A DNA stretch of 64,000 nucleotides from Patescibacteria group bacterium (GTDB lineage Bacteria > Patescibacteriota > Patescibacteriia > PEXW01): NCBI GenBank assembly GCA_041665345.1, contig JBAYJA010000001.1, forward strand, positions 457,206 through 521,205, in the 5' to 3' direction. The position numbers were made by a program, and so were the translations under genes. Below the pieces are notes generated by a model. The model was not told the origin of the DNA and did not search any database. It worked only from the letters and a program-made list of their open reading frames with translations. Below are positions 47,128 through 57,139 of the stretch, one piece after another; positions within the stretch are counted from its first letter, which is position 1, and every line of letters starts with the position of its first letter.

Positions 47128-49262
47128 TGCGCCGAACGTCAATTGGGGTAAGCTTGGCCTCGCTCCTCCTGGGGTGTTTTTTTCCATTGCTCGCACATGC
47201 CGCGCAGCCAGCTTTTTCCATCCTCACCGTCCGGCAGGACAGCACGTTGCAGGTTGTGACTCTGCATGCAGAGAGTAGCCCAGCAGCGTTAGCAGTAGCC
47301 CGGACACTCCCTGGGGTTGTGCATGCAGAGCTGGAGCAGACCTATCGTATTGCCGCAGTACCCGATGATCCAGGCTACGGGCAGCAGTGGGCTTTACCGG
47401 CCATTGGCGCGCCCGCTGCCTGGGATACCCGCACCGATGCTCGGTCAGTCACCGTGGCGGTCATTGACTCTGGCGTGGATACCACCAATCCCGACCTCAG
47501 TGCAGCAATGTGGACAAACCCTGATGAGGTTGCGGGAAATGGTGTGGATGACGATGCAAACGGGTACGTGGATGATGTTCATGGCTGGAATTTTGTGGAG
47601 GGGACAAGTGACCCGCGTCCGCAGGTCACAGCAGATGCAACGCCCAGAGGTTTGCACCACGGCACGGCCATTGCCGGGATTATTGGAGCCAGTGGGAATA
47701 ACAATCTGGCCGTGACGGGTTTGGCCTGGCAAGCATCCATCATGGCAATTCGAGCCCTCGATAGTACAGGCTCAGGGACAACGGGCGCAGTTGCCCTGGC
47801 TATTCGCTACGCCGTTGCCGAAGGTGCGGAAATCATTAACCTGAGTTTTGTAGGCAGTGGCACCAGTACGCTGCTGCAGCAGGCAATCGTGGATGCGCGG
47901 GCAGCCGGGGCGATCATTGTTGCTGCAGCTGGGAATGATAACCTCAACCTTGATACAACGCCGCAGTACCCGGCGTGCTACGACGGCGTGGTTGGCGTTG
48001 CCTCCGTTGGGCCAACAGACGTGAAATCCAGTTTCTCAAACTACGGTTCGTGCGTGGACATTGCCGCGCCTGGGGAGAACATCATTAGTACGCTGTACGT
48101 GAATGCTGCTGCTGGGTACGCCGATGTGTACGGCACGCTGTGGTCAGGCACGTCGGTTGCTTCACCGTTCGTGGTTGGTGTGCTTGCCATACTGAAGGCA
48201 GAAGAACCTGATCTCACTGCCAGCCAAGCCGTTGTCGCGCTGGAGTCGCAGTCTGTCAGTCTCGCCACCGTGAACCCAGACTACGCCACCAGCTTGGGTG
48301 CTGGTCGACTGGCAATCGGTTCGCTGCTGCAAGCTGCTGCAGCATTTGCCTTTACTACGGAAAATATTCTCGTGGCGCCACGCAGGGGTGATACGCCCCG
48401 GGTGCGGGAAGTCAATTCCAGTGGCAAAGTCCAGCAGCAATTTTTGGCCGCCCCTGCGCAGCAGCAAGCAGGGTCGTACGTCACTGCCGCAGATCTGGAT
48501 GGTGATGGGAACGCAGAAATTCTTTCTACCAATCAAGCCGGAACCCAGCCCTTGGTGCGCGTTGCCAACCGGCAGGGGAAGCAACTACGGAGTTTTCTGG
48601 CTTACGCAGCAAATTTCCGGGGTGGGGTCAGTATCACTGTGGGGGATGTGACTGGTGACGGAACGCCCGATATTGTCACTGGTACAGACTCTGGTCGTTC
48701 GCACATTCGGATTTTTTCTTCCACGGGCACTGTCCTGGGGCAATTCTTTGCCTTTGACGCAAAGTATAAGGGGGGAGTGAGTTTGGCCACGGCAGATGTG
48801 GATGGGGATGGGGTTGCAGAAATTTTGGTGAGCAAATTGCTGGGTGAAGCGCGTGTCACCATCTACCGCCAAAACGGTGATGTGGTCAGAAGTTTCCTGG
48901 TTTTCCCGGTGAAAGACCGCATTGGTGTGTACCTGAGCGTCGGCGATGTGGATGCTGATGGTGCACAGGAGTTGGTGGTGGGTGCTTCGAGCGGCAGCCC
49001 ACGCGTGCGCATTCTCAATATACTTGGCACGCTGGAGCGAGAGTTCTTTGCCTATGATAAGAAGCAAACCGGTGGCGTGCACATCGCGGTGGGGGATACG
49101 AATGGTGATGGGGTAGACGATATTGTCACCGGTACTGGCCGAGGCGCAAAACCTGAGGTACGGATATTCCGCAATGCTGGGAAAACCCGTAGTGCCATGT
49201 TCACGGTCTTCGCCCTCGGTTCACGGACGGGCGTGCACGTGGGGGTAATCCCGGCTGTATGA
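47127..49262 (+). CDS. S8 subtilase with C-terminal FG-GAP repeats
   Basis: VAVIDSG, HGTAIAG, SGTSVASP triad; repeated D.DGDG..EI motifs. Confidence 0.9.
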   Translation: MRRTSIGVSLASLLLGCFFPLLAHAAQPAFSILTVRQDSTLQVVTLHAESSPAALAVARTLPGVVHAELEQTYRIAAVPDDPGYGQQWALPAIGAPAAWDTRTDARSVTVAVIDSGVDTTNPDLSAAMWTNPDEVAGNGVDDDANGYVDDVHGWNFVEGTSDPRPQVTADATPRGLHHGTAIAGIIGASGNNNLAVTGLAWQASIMAIRALDSTGSGTTGAVALAIRYAVAEGAEIINLSFVGSGTSTLLQQAIVDARAAGAIIVAAAGNDNLNLDTTPQYPACYDGVVGVASVGPTDVKSSFSNYGSCVDIAAPGENIISTLYVNAAAGYADVYGTLWSGTSVASPFVVGVLAILKAEEPDLTASQAVVALESQSVSLATVNPDYATSLGAGRLAIGSLLQAAAAFAFTTENILVAPRRGDTPRVREVNSSGKVQQQFLAAPAQQQAGSYVTAADLDGDGNAEILSTNQAGTQPLVRVANRQGKQLRSFLAYAANFRGGVSITVGDVTGDGTPDIVTGTDSGRSHIRIFSSTGTVLGQFFAFDAKYKGGVSLATADVDGDGVAEILVSKLLGEARVTIYRQNGDVVRSFLVFPVKDRIGVYLSVGDVDADGAQELVVGASSGSPRVRILNILGTLEREFFAYDKKQTGGVHIAVGDTNGDGVDDIVTGTGRGAKPEVRIFRNAGKTRSAMFTVFALGSRTGVHVGVIPAV

Positions 49263-49693
49263 CCATTGCGCAGATTCGTCAGCTTCCGGTTGCACGGCAG
49301 TTTGTAAAATTTGCCCTGGTTGGCTTTGTGAATACCGCCATTGACTGGACGGTTTTTTTTAGTTTAACCCAGTGGATACCCTGGTTCCACGAGCATATTT
49401 TAGTGGCAAATGGTATTGCTTTTCTGTTTGGTTTTGCCAGTAGCTATACTTTTAACCGGCGGTGGACGTTCCGCTCCAAAGATGGCAACATCAAGCGGCA
49501 GTTGACGGTCTTCCTCCTAGTCAACCTGGTTGGTCTGGGAATTAGCGAAACAGTGGTTGGCGTCGTTCATGCGCTCACGCAGTCCAGGTTGCTAAGCAAG
49601 TTTTTGGCGGTTGCTCTGGCCTTGTTCTGGAACTTCTTCGCTAGCCGGAAATGGGCCTTTCGGGAGGGTGGGGGAAAGCCGACAGTGATTTAG
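49259..49693 (+). CDS. GtrA family protein
   Basis: QFVKFALVG..NT..D, FNRRWTF, WNFF.SRKW.F. Confidence 0.9.
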   Translation: MTIAQIRQLPVARQFVKFALVGFVNTAIDWTVFFSLTQWIPWFHEHILVANGIAFLFGFASSYTFNRRWTFRSKDGNIKRQLTVFLLVNLVGLGISETVVGVVHALTQSRLLSKFLAVALALFWNFFASRKWAFREGGGKPTVI

Positions 49694-50035
49694 GCTTAAT
49701 ATTTTTAAAAGTGGGTCCCCACGGATGTAGCGCGCCGTCGCGACGGCGCTGTTTTGTCGTGGATAACTCGGTCAAATATCACTCAAATGGCATGGTAGCC
49801 TAGAAGTGAAATACATAACCGAGGTTGTACTCATGGAACCACTGGAAAGGCCAGGAGTACACCTCACGAAATGAAAATCCAGTACCGGCATGTTCTTTGC
49901 CAAGGAAGTGAGGTGAAACACCAACGTTAACTCCAAAGGGAGGCACAACGTACTGCTTTCAGGCGTATGTCTGAGGGTATGAGATTGTAACCAAACCAAC
50001 CCGTAGGCCAGAAGGCTTACAGAATGGAGAATTTT

Positions 50036-50797
50036 ATGAGGAGCAATAGTTTGCTCTTTGTTGCAGTGCTAGCCTTCATGGCTAGTGTTGCGTTTGTCCT
50101 TGGTGGTTGTTCCGATAAAGGAATTAGCACACAAGAACACAGCGTTCATCAAATTGAGGCAGATTTGATTGTCGATGCCAACAATTCCCAAATCGTTCAA
50201 CTCGAAGCGTATCGAAATCGGTTATCCGAGATTGCTATTCCATCACTTGATGTTTTCGCGCAGATTGCAGATAGTATTATTGATGGCAAGGTTATCAGCG
50301 ATACGATCTTGATTCGGGACAAAATTTGGGAAGCATTACGTGCGTGTGGTAAGGGAAATGCTAGTACCCCAACAGCAACTTCCTACAGTATTAGTAACCT
50401 AACTTCGCAGGAATTTTGGCTTTTGATGGCAAACCCTTGGAACGCGAATGCAACTAATACTGCAAGAAACCTTGCACTTAGTGCTGCGCAGAATGTATGG
50501 CCTGGATCACAGTATCAAACGAAGGCTGACGCATTCCGCCATGCGTACTGGAACATACTTATGTCAAAGTACGTTAGCATTTCATGGGCGCAGCAAGTGG
50601 CTACGGCACATGAGTCTGAATCACCGAATACTGTGGATAAGGCAATGGATCTAGACAACAACGCGGTAGGTCGTCGGCTCTATTCTCAGTATTCTTGGTA
50701 CTCTGAGTCAGATTTTGTGTACATGTTACGATACTATACTTACGTAAAGGTTTCTTCGATCCCGGCGTACACATGGTATCTTGTGTATCTTGCGTAG
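50036..50797 (+). CDS. Lipoprotein with DUF6973-like domain
   Basis: LGGC lipobox; DAFRHAYWN...HE...MDLDNN..GR. Confidence 0.7.
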   Translation: MRSNSLLFVAVLAFMASVAFVLGGCSDKGISTQEHSVHQIEADLIVDANNSQIVQLEAYRNRLSEIAIPSLDVFAQIADSIIDGKVISDTILIRDKIWEALRACGKGNASTPTATSYSISNLTSQEFWLLMANPWNANATNTARNLALSAAQNVWPGSQYQTKADAFRHAYWNILMSKYVSISWAQQVATAHESESPNTVDKAMDLDNNAVGRRLYSQYSWYSESDFVYMLRYYTYVKVSSIPAYTWYLVYLA

Positions 50798-50887
50798 ACA
50801 CCTCACCCTTGAACCTTCATGAAGCCATCGGATACTTCAGTAAATTCGGTGGCTTTTCCTTTTCATACTATGATATTCTAATACCAT

Positions 50888-51226
50888 ATGATTTCTAAGG
50901 TGTATAAAAGTTTAATTGTAATAATCCTCGTCATTCTAGTGTTTACTGGAGTCACGGTATTTCTCACACTCAATAGTCTTCACGTCACAAACGCTACGGG
51001 TGTGGTTGTGAAATTAACCAGTAATGGACAGCAAGCATGGGGTCTTCGGACTGAATTTCGTATTCTTCGACCATTTGCTCCAAGAGCTTTACAATTCACG
51101 AATTTTGAAAATATATCGCAATACGATGGTCAGCGAATCCACTTGCAGTATGAGACTGTAGATGTTCTTGGAACAGGCGATTTTGACGTGTACGTAAGGC
51201 CAATTCAAATCGAGCGCCTAAAGTAA
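50888..51226 (+). CDS. Hypothetical membrane-anchored protein
   Basis: N-terminal TM; 112 aa. Confidence 0.65.
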   Translation: MISKVYKSLIVIILVILVFTGVTVFLTLNSLHVTNATGVVVKLTSNGQQAWGLRTEFRILRPFAPRALQFTNFENISQYDGQRIHLQYETVDVLGTGDFDVYVRPIQIERLK

Positions 51227-51352
51227 GGCTTTACGTCCAAATCAGCGTTTATTTGTACCCTTCCCAAAACGGGCGGATTTTTGTATAATATAATCACTTT
51301 TAGCACTTGTTAATTCCTTAAAAAGTTAGAATGTAAAATTCAGACTCATAGA

Positions 51353-52732
51353 GTGAATTTTATGGCAACTGCGTTTCTAAATATTTTTACTGTTATAAAC
51401 CTTACTTTTTTCGTGTTTTTTTTGTTCTCTTCTGGAAGAAAATGGAGACAAAGTAAGACACATCGGAGATTTTTTCTAACTTTATTGGGTGGTTTTTTTT
51501 GGACATTATTAGTAAACACTCTTTTTTTTGATCAGGTTAGGGAAAATTCCGGACTATATTTTTTTATAACGAAACTAGATTTTTTTATAGCAGCATTACT
51601 TTCTGGTGCATTTGTTGCGTTTGCAATCCATTTTCCTAAAGAAAATTCAAAAATTGGAAAAATCTATGAATTAGCAATTATTTCTCCAACCATCCTCTTT
51701 GCCTTCCTTTCATTTTCAGAAAAAGTAGTAATGTTCCCCATCATTGGAAAGACAAATAGTGCTAGTTGGTTCGGAATATACATAAGTATTATCTCGATCT
51801 ATTACATATTAATTACTGGTAGCGTTCTTCTTTTTAAGTTTAGAAAATCTTCTGGAATTCAAAAAAATCAATTAGGTTATTTCCTTTCTGGCTATTTGAT
51901 CGCGATAGGAATACTGCTGTTTAATAGCTTTTATGTAAATTCAATAGGTGATATTAACCGTTATTTTGATCGATTTACAACAAATGCCGGGATTTTATTT
52001 ATTACCTTTTCGGCTTACGCAGTTTTAAAATATCGTTTTTTAGATTTAGGGCTTGTAATTCAAAGGGGTGCAACTCGTATCCTTTCTTTCTTAGTCATAT
52101 TTTGTTTATACCTCATTGGATTATTATTAGCCCGTGATGAACTTGTTGCGAGAAGCAATGATCTAACGGCAATTATAATTGTTGCTCTAGTGGTTGCCGT
52201 AACAATTGAACCACTGAGAAAGTTTGTATTTCGATTTGTTGATAGAGCATTTGCTTCGCATGATGAAAAAGCAGCCAGAGCCCAGAAGCGCGTTATGATA
52301 CTACTTAAATCTCAGCAGAGCTATGACGGGCTTTTGACTGAGATTCAGAGTGTGTTTAAGGAGTTTGCTGAGGTTGATGAGGTGGAATTTGTTGAATCAA
52401 CAGATTCATTTTTTGCCAAACGACGTGGAACGTATGAATTCCTCCGCGCTACAGGCAGGTTAATCATCCCCGAAGAACTTCCGTATAGGTTTTCTGAGGA
52501 TGATCGTTTCGCCATAATCGCTGAAGAATTACAAGACACTAAGAAGAGTTGCATTATGGCAATTGGTCAGAGTAGTTCATTTATTGGAGTATTAACGTTA
52601 GGACAAAGAAAAAATATGAAAGCGTATTCCGCGCAAGATATTGGAGAGCTAAAACGCTTGCAAATGCAGTTTGGCCTTGCGCTGTTCAATGCAAGGTTAT
52701 ACAAACAGGCCGTAGAGAGGATTACGAAGTAG
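51353..52732 (+). CDS. 7TM (HisKA_7TM-like) sensor with GAF-like domain and no kinase domain
   Basis: Multiple TMs, YAVLKYRFLDL, ends at ALFNARLYKQ; same architecture as the N-half of 54248-57085. Confidence 0.75.
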   Translation: MNFMATAFLNIFTVINLTFFVFFLFSSGRKWRQSKTHRRFFLTLLGGFFWTLLVNTLFFDQVRENSGLYFFITKLDFFIAALLSGAFVAFAIHFPKENSKIGKIYELAIISPTILFAFLSFSEKVVMFPIIGKTNSASWFGIYISIISIYYILITGSVLLFKFRKSSGIQKNQLGYFLSGYLIAIGILLFNSFYVNSIGDINRYFDRFTTNAGILFITFSAYAVLKYRFLDLGLVIQRGATRILSFLVIFCLYLIGLLLARDELVARSNDLTAIIIVALVVAVTIEPLRKFVFRFVDRAFASHDEKAARAQKRVMILLKSQQSYDGLLTEIQSVFKEFAEVDEVEFVESTDSFFAKRRGTYEFLRATGRLIIPEELPYRFSEDDRFAIIAEELQDTKKSCIMAIGQSSSFIGVLTLGQRKNMKAYSAQDIGELKRLQMQFGLALFNARLYKQAVERITK

Positions 52733-52747
52733 CCGTTTATTTCCTAG

Positions 52748-53596
52748 ATGAAGTTAATAGTTAACAATAGTAACATGAGCAATGGAAGTAATTATTCAAA
52801 ATACATCTCACTAAATAGTGTTGAAGATGGAAAAAAGAGTACTTTTCTAATTCGATTTTTTTCACCTTCTGTTGAGTTAGAAAAAATAAAGTATACAATT
52901 ATACAAGACATTGATCGTTTAGTTGAGAATGGGTGGGGAAAATTTAGTAAAGACTTTTTACTTAAGCATATTATCCAATCTTCAAGACTAGTTGTAGTAT
53001 GGCATGAGGGAGAAATTGCTGCTGTATGTTCGGCATCAAATAAGAAATTTAAGGCGAAAGCAGTGCTTTATCTAGAGTTCACGGTTGTAAAAAGAAAATT
53101 TCGTAGTTTTTCCTTATCCACGTATCTAAATGGTGAAATAATTGCAGAATTTTATTTACGATCTTTTTATCATCGTTTTGGTAAATCAATTTATCTTGTA
53201 ACTTTGACAAGAAGTCCTCGTGTAATTGGTTCATTATCAAATTTTTGCAGGAAAGTTTACCCATCACTAAAATACTATAAAAATGGTAGACTTATACCTG
53301 CTGAGAATGAAACATGGTTTATAATTAAGGCAATAGTTGAAAGTAGCTGGAAACCCGACAGGGTGGTAGACCGTGAGGGGGCAGTTCTTCATGGTTCTTA
53401 CAGTGCGATGCCATGGTTATTAGAACCTAAACAAGAAAAACATTATCGAAATGATATATCAAAATTTTGTGAACAATACTTAAAAATCTCAGAAAAAGCT
53501 GACAGAGAATTTATTGTTGTTGCTGAATACAACTTATTATCATTTCTTAAGTATAAACTTTGGAATCGAAGAAAAATTATTAGTTTAGAGAAATGA
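52748..53596 (+). CDS. Putative GNAT-fold acyltransferase
   Basis: LVVVWHEGEIAAV..VLYLEFTVVKRKFRSFSLS resembles GNAT motif A. Confidence 0.5.
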   Translation: MKLIVNNSNMSNGSNYSKYISLNSVEDGKKSTFLIRFFSPSVELEKIKYTIIQDIDRLVENGWGKFSKDFLLKHIIQSSRLVVVWHEGEIAAVCSASNKKFKAKAVLYLEFTVVKRKFRSFSLSTYLNGEIIAEFYLRSFYHRFGKSIYLVTLTRSPRVIGSLSNFCRKVYPSLKYYKNGRLIPAENETWFIIKAIVESSWKPDRVVDREGAVLHGSYSAMPWLLEPKQEKHYRNDISKFCEQYLKISEKADREFIVVAEYNLLSFLKYKLWNRRKIISLEK

Positions 53597-54258
53597 AATA
53601 TCTAATTTTTATTACTTCACTAGTTGTTGTTACTTGGATTTACTGGAGATATTTCTATTTTTTTCGCGACCCTAAAAGAATTCCACCATCAGGAAATAAT
53701 ATTTTATCGCCAGCTGATGGGACAATTGTTTACGTAGAATCTATTGAAGGTGGGGTCATTCCATTTTCGATAAAGGGTAAAAAAAGGATTGAGTTGTTTG
53801 AAATTACTCATAAGGATCTTGGTGATGAAGATTTCTGGCATGTTGGGATTTTCATGCATCCTACAAGCGTCCATGTCAATCGATCACCAATTGACGGTAT
53901 TGTAAAGTCGATTAAGTATACGCCAGGAAAAAATTTACCAATGACCATTATGTGGTGGCGGGTGCTCTTAGGAATTCGAAGGTTTGAAAAAAATAGCCCA
54001 CACATACTTAGCAATGAACGAAATACAATTATTATCGAAGGTAAATTTCCGGTTTGCATAGTTCAGATCGCCGATATCTATGTGAATAAAATAGTATGTA
54101 ATGTTCAATTAGGAGAAAATATAAAAAAAGGAATGAGAATTGGTGCAATAAAAATGGGTTCGCAGGTTGATTTATTTTTTCCAAAAAGATCAGGATTTAG
54201 TGTACTTGTAAAACCTGGAGATAAAGTTTTTGCTGGTGAGTCAATAATTGCAAAATAG
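53593..54258 (+). CDS. psd: Phosphatidylserine decarboxylase family protein
   Basis: FFRDP.R, SPADG, IFM...VHVNRSP, NER, MGSQVDL self-cleavage site. Confidence 0.85.
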   Translation: MKYLIFITSLVVVTWIYWRYFYFFRDPKRIPPSGNNILSPADGTIVYVESIEGGVIPFSIKGKKRIELFEITHKDLGDEDFWHVGIFMHPTSVHVNRSPIDGIVKSIKYTPGKNLPMTIMWWRVLLGIRRFEKNSPHILSNERNTIIIEGKFPVCIVQIADIYVNKIVCNVQLGENIKKGMRIGAIKMGSQVDLFFPKRSGFSVLVKPGDKVFAGESIIAK

Positions 54259-57085
54259 TATGAATATTAGTTTAATTCTTTTTTTGTTAGCTCTAATTAC
54301 TAATTCAGTAATTCTCGCACTAATGTTGTTTCGTGGGCTTAAGACAAAAGTAAGAAAAACTTTTGTAATTCTGACATTATTAATCAGTATTTGGGTTGTC
54401 TCAAATTATGCGGCTGATCACGTTAGCGATTACTATTTTGCATTATTGTTAACTCGTACTACATATTTTGCAACATCATTAATTCCTTTAATCTTGGTTT
54501 ATTTCGCAACAATTTTCCCAAGAACAACATTTGAAATTAAATTTTGGAAAAAAATAGTTATTTCTTTTTTTCCTATAATGGTCGCTTTACTTTCGTTTTC
54601 AGATCTAATTGTAAATGAAATTAAGCAGGAATCATGGGGAGTTAATGTTGTTATAGGCAATCTGTATGGTGTATTTATTTTGGAATTTGTACTTTTGATG
54701 CTCACTGCATTCTTAATGCTTTGGAAAAAGCTAAAAAGTAATTTTGGACTCCAGAAACTTCAAATTCAGTACGTGTTTACAGGTTTGTTGTTAGGCGCAA
54801 TCGGGGGCGCACTCTTTAATCTTGTTATCCCGACAATCACTGGAAGTTTTAGTAATACTAAATATGGTCCGTATTTTAGCATTTTTTATGTAGGTTTTAT
54901 TGCGTATGCAATTGCAAAACATAGGTTGTTAGATATTCGACTTGCGATAGTTAGAACGATAAGTTTTACATTATCAACTGTAATTATCGCGAGTGTATTC
55001 GTTGCATTCTTATTGTATGTCCCCCAGCAATTTGAAAATATTTTTATTCGTGGCTTATTTGCGATAATAATTTCAATTGTTTTAGTAATAATAATTGGTC
55101 CAATTAAAAATATAACTGCAAGATATACTGATAAGTACTTTTTTTCCGCATCAATTAATTACGATCTGTTGCTTAAGAGTATTGGCGAAATAATTAGCCG
55201 TGAGTATGAATTGGAGAAGTTAGTGAATAATATTGTAAATACATTAAAGGTAGGTCTAAAAGTTCAGTATGTGAAGATTCTTTTCTCCAGAAATGATGGA
55301 GAAGTATTTCTTTCTGACAATATCGAAATATCAAGTGTTCAGCATGGAAACCTCTTCTCATATATACAGGGCTCTCGGAGCATAATTAATAAGGAGGCCT
55401 TAATTCAAAAACTTGATGAGAATTTTGAACAAAAACAAACACTATCATTAGAGCATTCACGTGATGAGCTGGATAGTTTGAATGCTTCAGTCATCATCCC
55501 AGTAGTTTCTAATGGTCATGTAACAACTCTATTGATGATTGGGAATAGGCTTTCTGGCGAAGCATTTAGTAAACAAGACTTTTCTTTTTTTGAAATTATA
55601 TCCCCCCAACTCGCCAGTGCCTTGGAAAAAGCTCGGCTGTACGAAGAAATCCGGCTGTTCAACGTCAAACTGCAAAAAGAGGTAGAAATTGCCACGGAGA
55701 GAGTGAAAATGAAGAATGTGCAGTTGGAAGACCGCAACCGATTCCTGGCTGCAGTATCTAAGGTGACCAATCTCATCACCCAGACGTTGGAGTTTAAAAA
55801 AGTAACCCAGTCTATAGTGGACGCCATTGCCACGGAGCTTGGGTTTGTGGGCGGACTTTTGCTGTTCCTGGGTGAGTCACGGCGAAAAGTCTTTCCAGAA
55901 GCTGTTACCAACAAACCAGTAACCCAGAAGGTCTTGAAGCTTTTGCCCAAACCGTTGAATGAGTACTGGGGGGATTTCACCACTGATAAGACGCTGAACA
56001 TTGAAGCCATGAAGGCTCAGCAGGTGCGCACAGGAACTGACCTTGCTGCGTTCCTGAGTCCGCCTGTACCCAAAATGGTGCTGGGCGCAATTCAGAAAGT
56101 CGCTGGGATAAAAACCATAGTATCCGTTCCGGTTATTGCTGAGCAAGAAGTTGTGGGCTGCATTGATTTCATGATTGCAAAAACCCCAGACTTGGTAACG
56201 AAGAATGACTACGACATGATGCAAGCCATGGCTAACCAAACCGGGGTGGTGTACCGGAACATTGAGTTGGTTCGACGTTTGGAAGGCAGCAACCGGGAGT
56301 TGGGTGAGGCGAATGAGCACCTGAAAGAGCTGGACCAGGCCAAGAGCGAATTCGTGTCCATTGCCAGCCACCAGCTCCGCACGCCAATGACCGGCATCAT
56401 GGGCTACCTGTCCATGATTGTGGGCGGGGATTTTGGGAAACTGGATGCAAGTTTGCAGAAAGTGCTGGAGCAGCTACTGGATGCCAGCCAACGCATGATC
56501 CGGCTCATTAACCTGTTCTTGGACGTGACCAAGATTGAAAGCGGCAAACTCAGTTTGGACAAGCAGCCAGTGCACCTGGAAGAGCTCATTGATAAAGAGC
56601 TGCAAGTGTTGCAGAAATTAGCGAGCGATAAGAAATTAAAACTGGTGTACACCAAACCCAAGGTTGCGCTGCCAGTCCTGATGATTGATGACAAAATTAC
56701 TGACGTCGTCCTCAACTTAGTGGATAATGCAATTAAGTACACAGTGACTGGCGGCATTACCATTACCAGCGAGCGAGAAGGGGATTGGGTGCATGTGAAA
56801 GTCCAAGATACTGGCCGGGGTCTTGATCCCAAAGAAGCCCGCAGCTTGTTCAACAAATTCGTGCGTGGGTACGGTATTGCCCAGGTGAACCCAGACGGGT
56901 CTGGCTTGGGGCTGTACGTTGCTCGGCGTTTGGTGGAAGTCCACGGCGGCCGGATTTGGGTGGAGAGCGATGGTCCAGGCAAGGGTAGCTGCTTCCAGTT
57001 TACCCTGCCAATCAAAGCAGTGGACGCGAAGTTTGAACCTGCCGGGGCAGCGCTGGTGACCAGCCCCAAGCCGGTGGTTGAGTAG
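54248..57085 (+). CDS. Sensor histidine kinase (7TM, two GAF, HisKA, HATPase)
   Basis: ASHQLRTP H-box, NLVDNAIKY, DTGRG, GSGLGL. Confidence 0.92.
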   Translation: MQNSMNISLILFLLALITNSVILALMLFRGLKTKVRKTFVILTLLISIWVVSNYAADHVSDYYFALLLTRTTYFATSLIPLILVYFATIFPRTTFEIKFWKKIVISFFPIMVALLSFSDLIVNEIKQESWGVNVVIGNLYGVFILEFVLLMLTAFLMLWKKLKSNFGLQKLQIQYVFTGLLLGAIGGALFNLVIPTITGSFSNTKYGPYFSIFYVGFIAYAIAKHRLLDIRLAIVRTISFTLSTVIIASVFVAFLLYVPQQFENIFIRGLFAIIISIVLVIIIGPIKNITARYTDKYFFSASINYDLLLKSIGEIISREYELEKLVNNIVNTLKVGLKVQYVKILFSRNDGEVFLSDNIEISSVQHGNLFSYIQGSRSIINKEALIQKLDENFEQKQTLSLEHSRDELDSLNASVIIPVVSNGHVTTLLMIGNRLSGEAFSKQDFSFFEIISPQLASALEKARLYEEIRLFNVKLQKEVEIATERVKMKNVQLEDRNRFLAAVSKVTNLITQTLEFKKVTQSIVDAIATELGFVGGLLLFLGESRRKVFPEAVTNKPVTQKVLKLLPKPLNEYWGDFTTDKTLNIEAMKAQQVRTGTDLAAFLSPPVPKMVLGAIQKVAGIKTIVSVPVIAEQEVVGCIDFMIAKTPDLVTKNDYDMMQAMANQTGVVYRNIELVRRLEGSNRELGEANEHLKELDQAKSEFVSIASHQLRTPMTGIMGYLSMIVGGDFGKLDASLQKVLEQLLDASQRMIRLINLFLDVTKIESGKLSLDKQPVHLEELIDKELQVLQKLASDKKLKLVYTKPKVALPVLMIDDKITDVVLNLVDNAIKYTVTGGITITSEREGDWVHVKVQDTGRGLDPKEARSLFNKFVRGYGIAQVNPDGSGLGLYVARRLVEVHGGRIWVESDGPGKGSCFQFTLPIKAVDAKFEPAGAALVTSPKPVVE

Positions 57086-57107
57086 GATAAAACTTGAGTA
57101 TAAGAAA

Positions 57108-57131
57108 ACCCTCACGAATTTTCGTGAGGGT
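57108..57131. terminator. Hairpin between convergent genes
   Basis: ACCCTCACGAA-TT-TTCGTGAGGGT. Confidence 0.7.
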
Positions 57132-57139
57132 AAGGTTAT

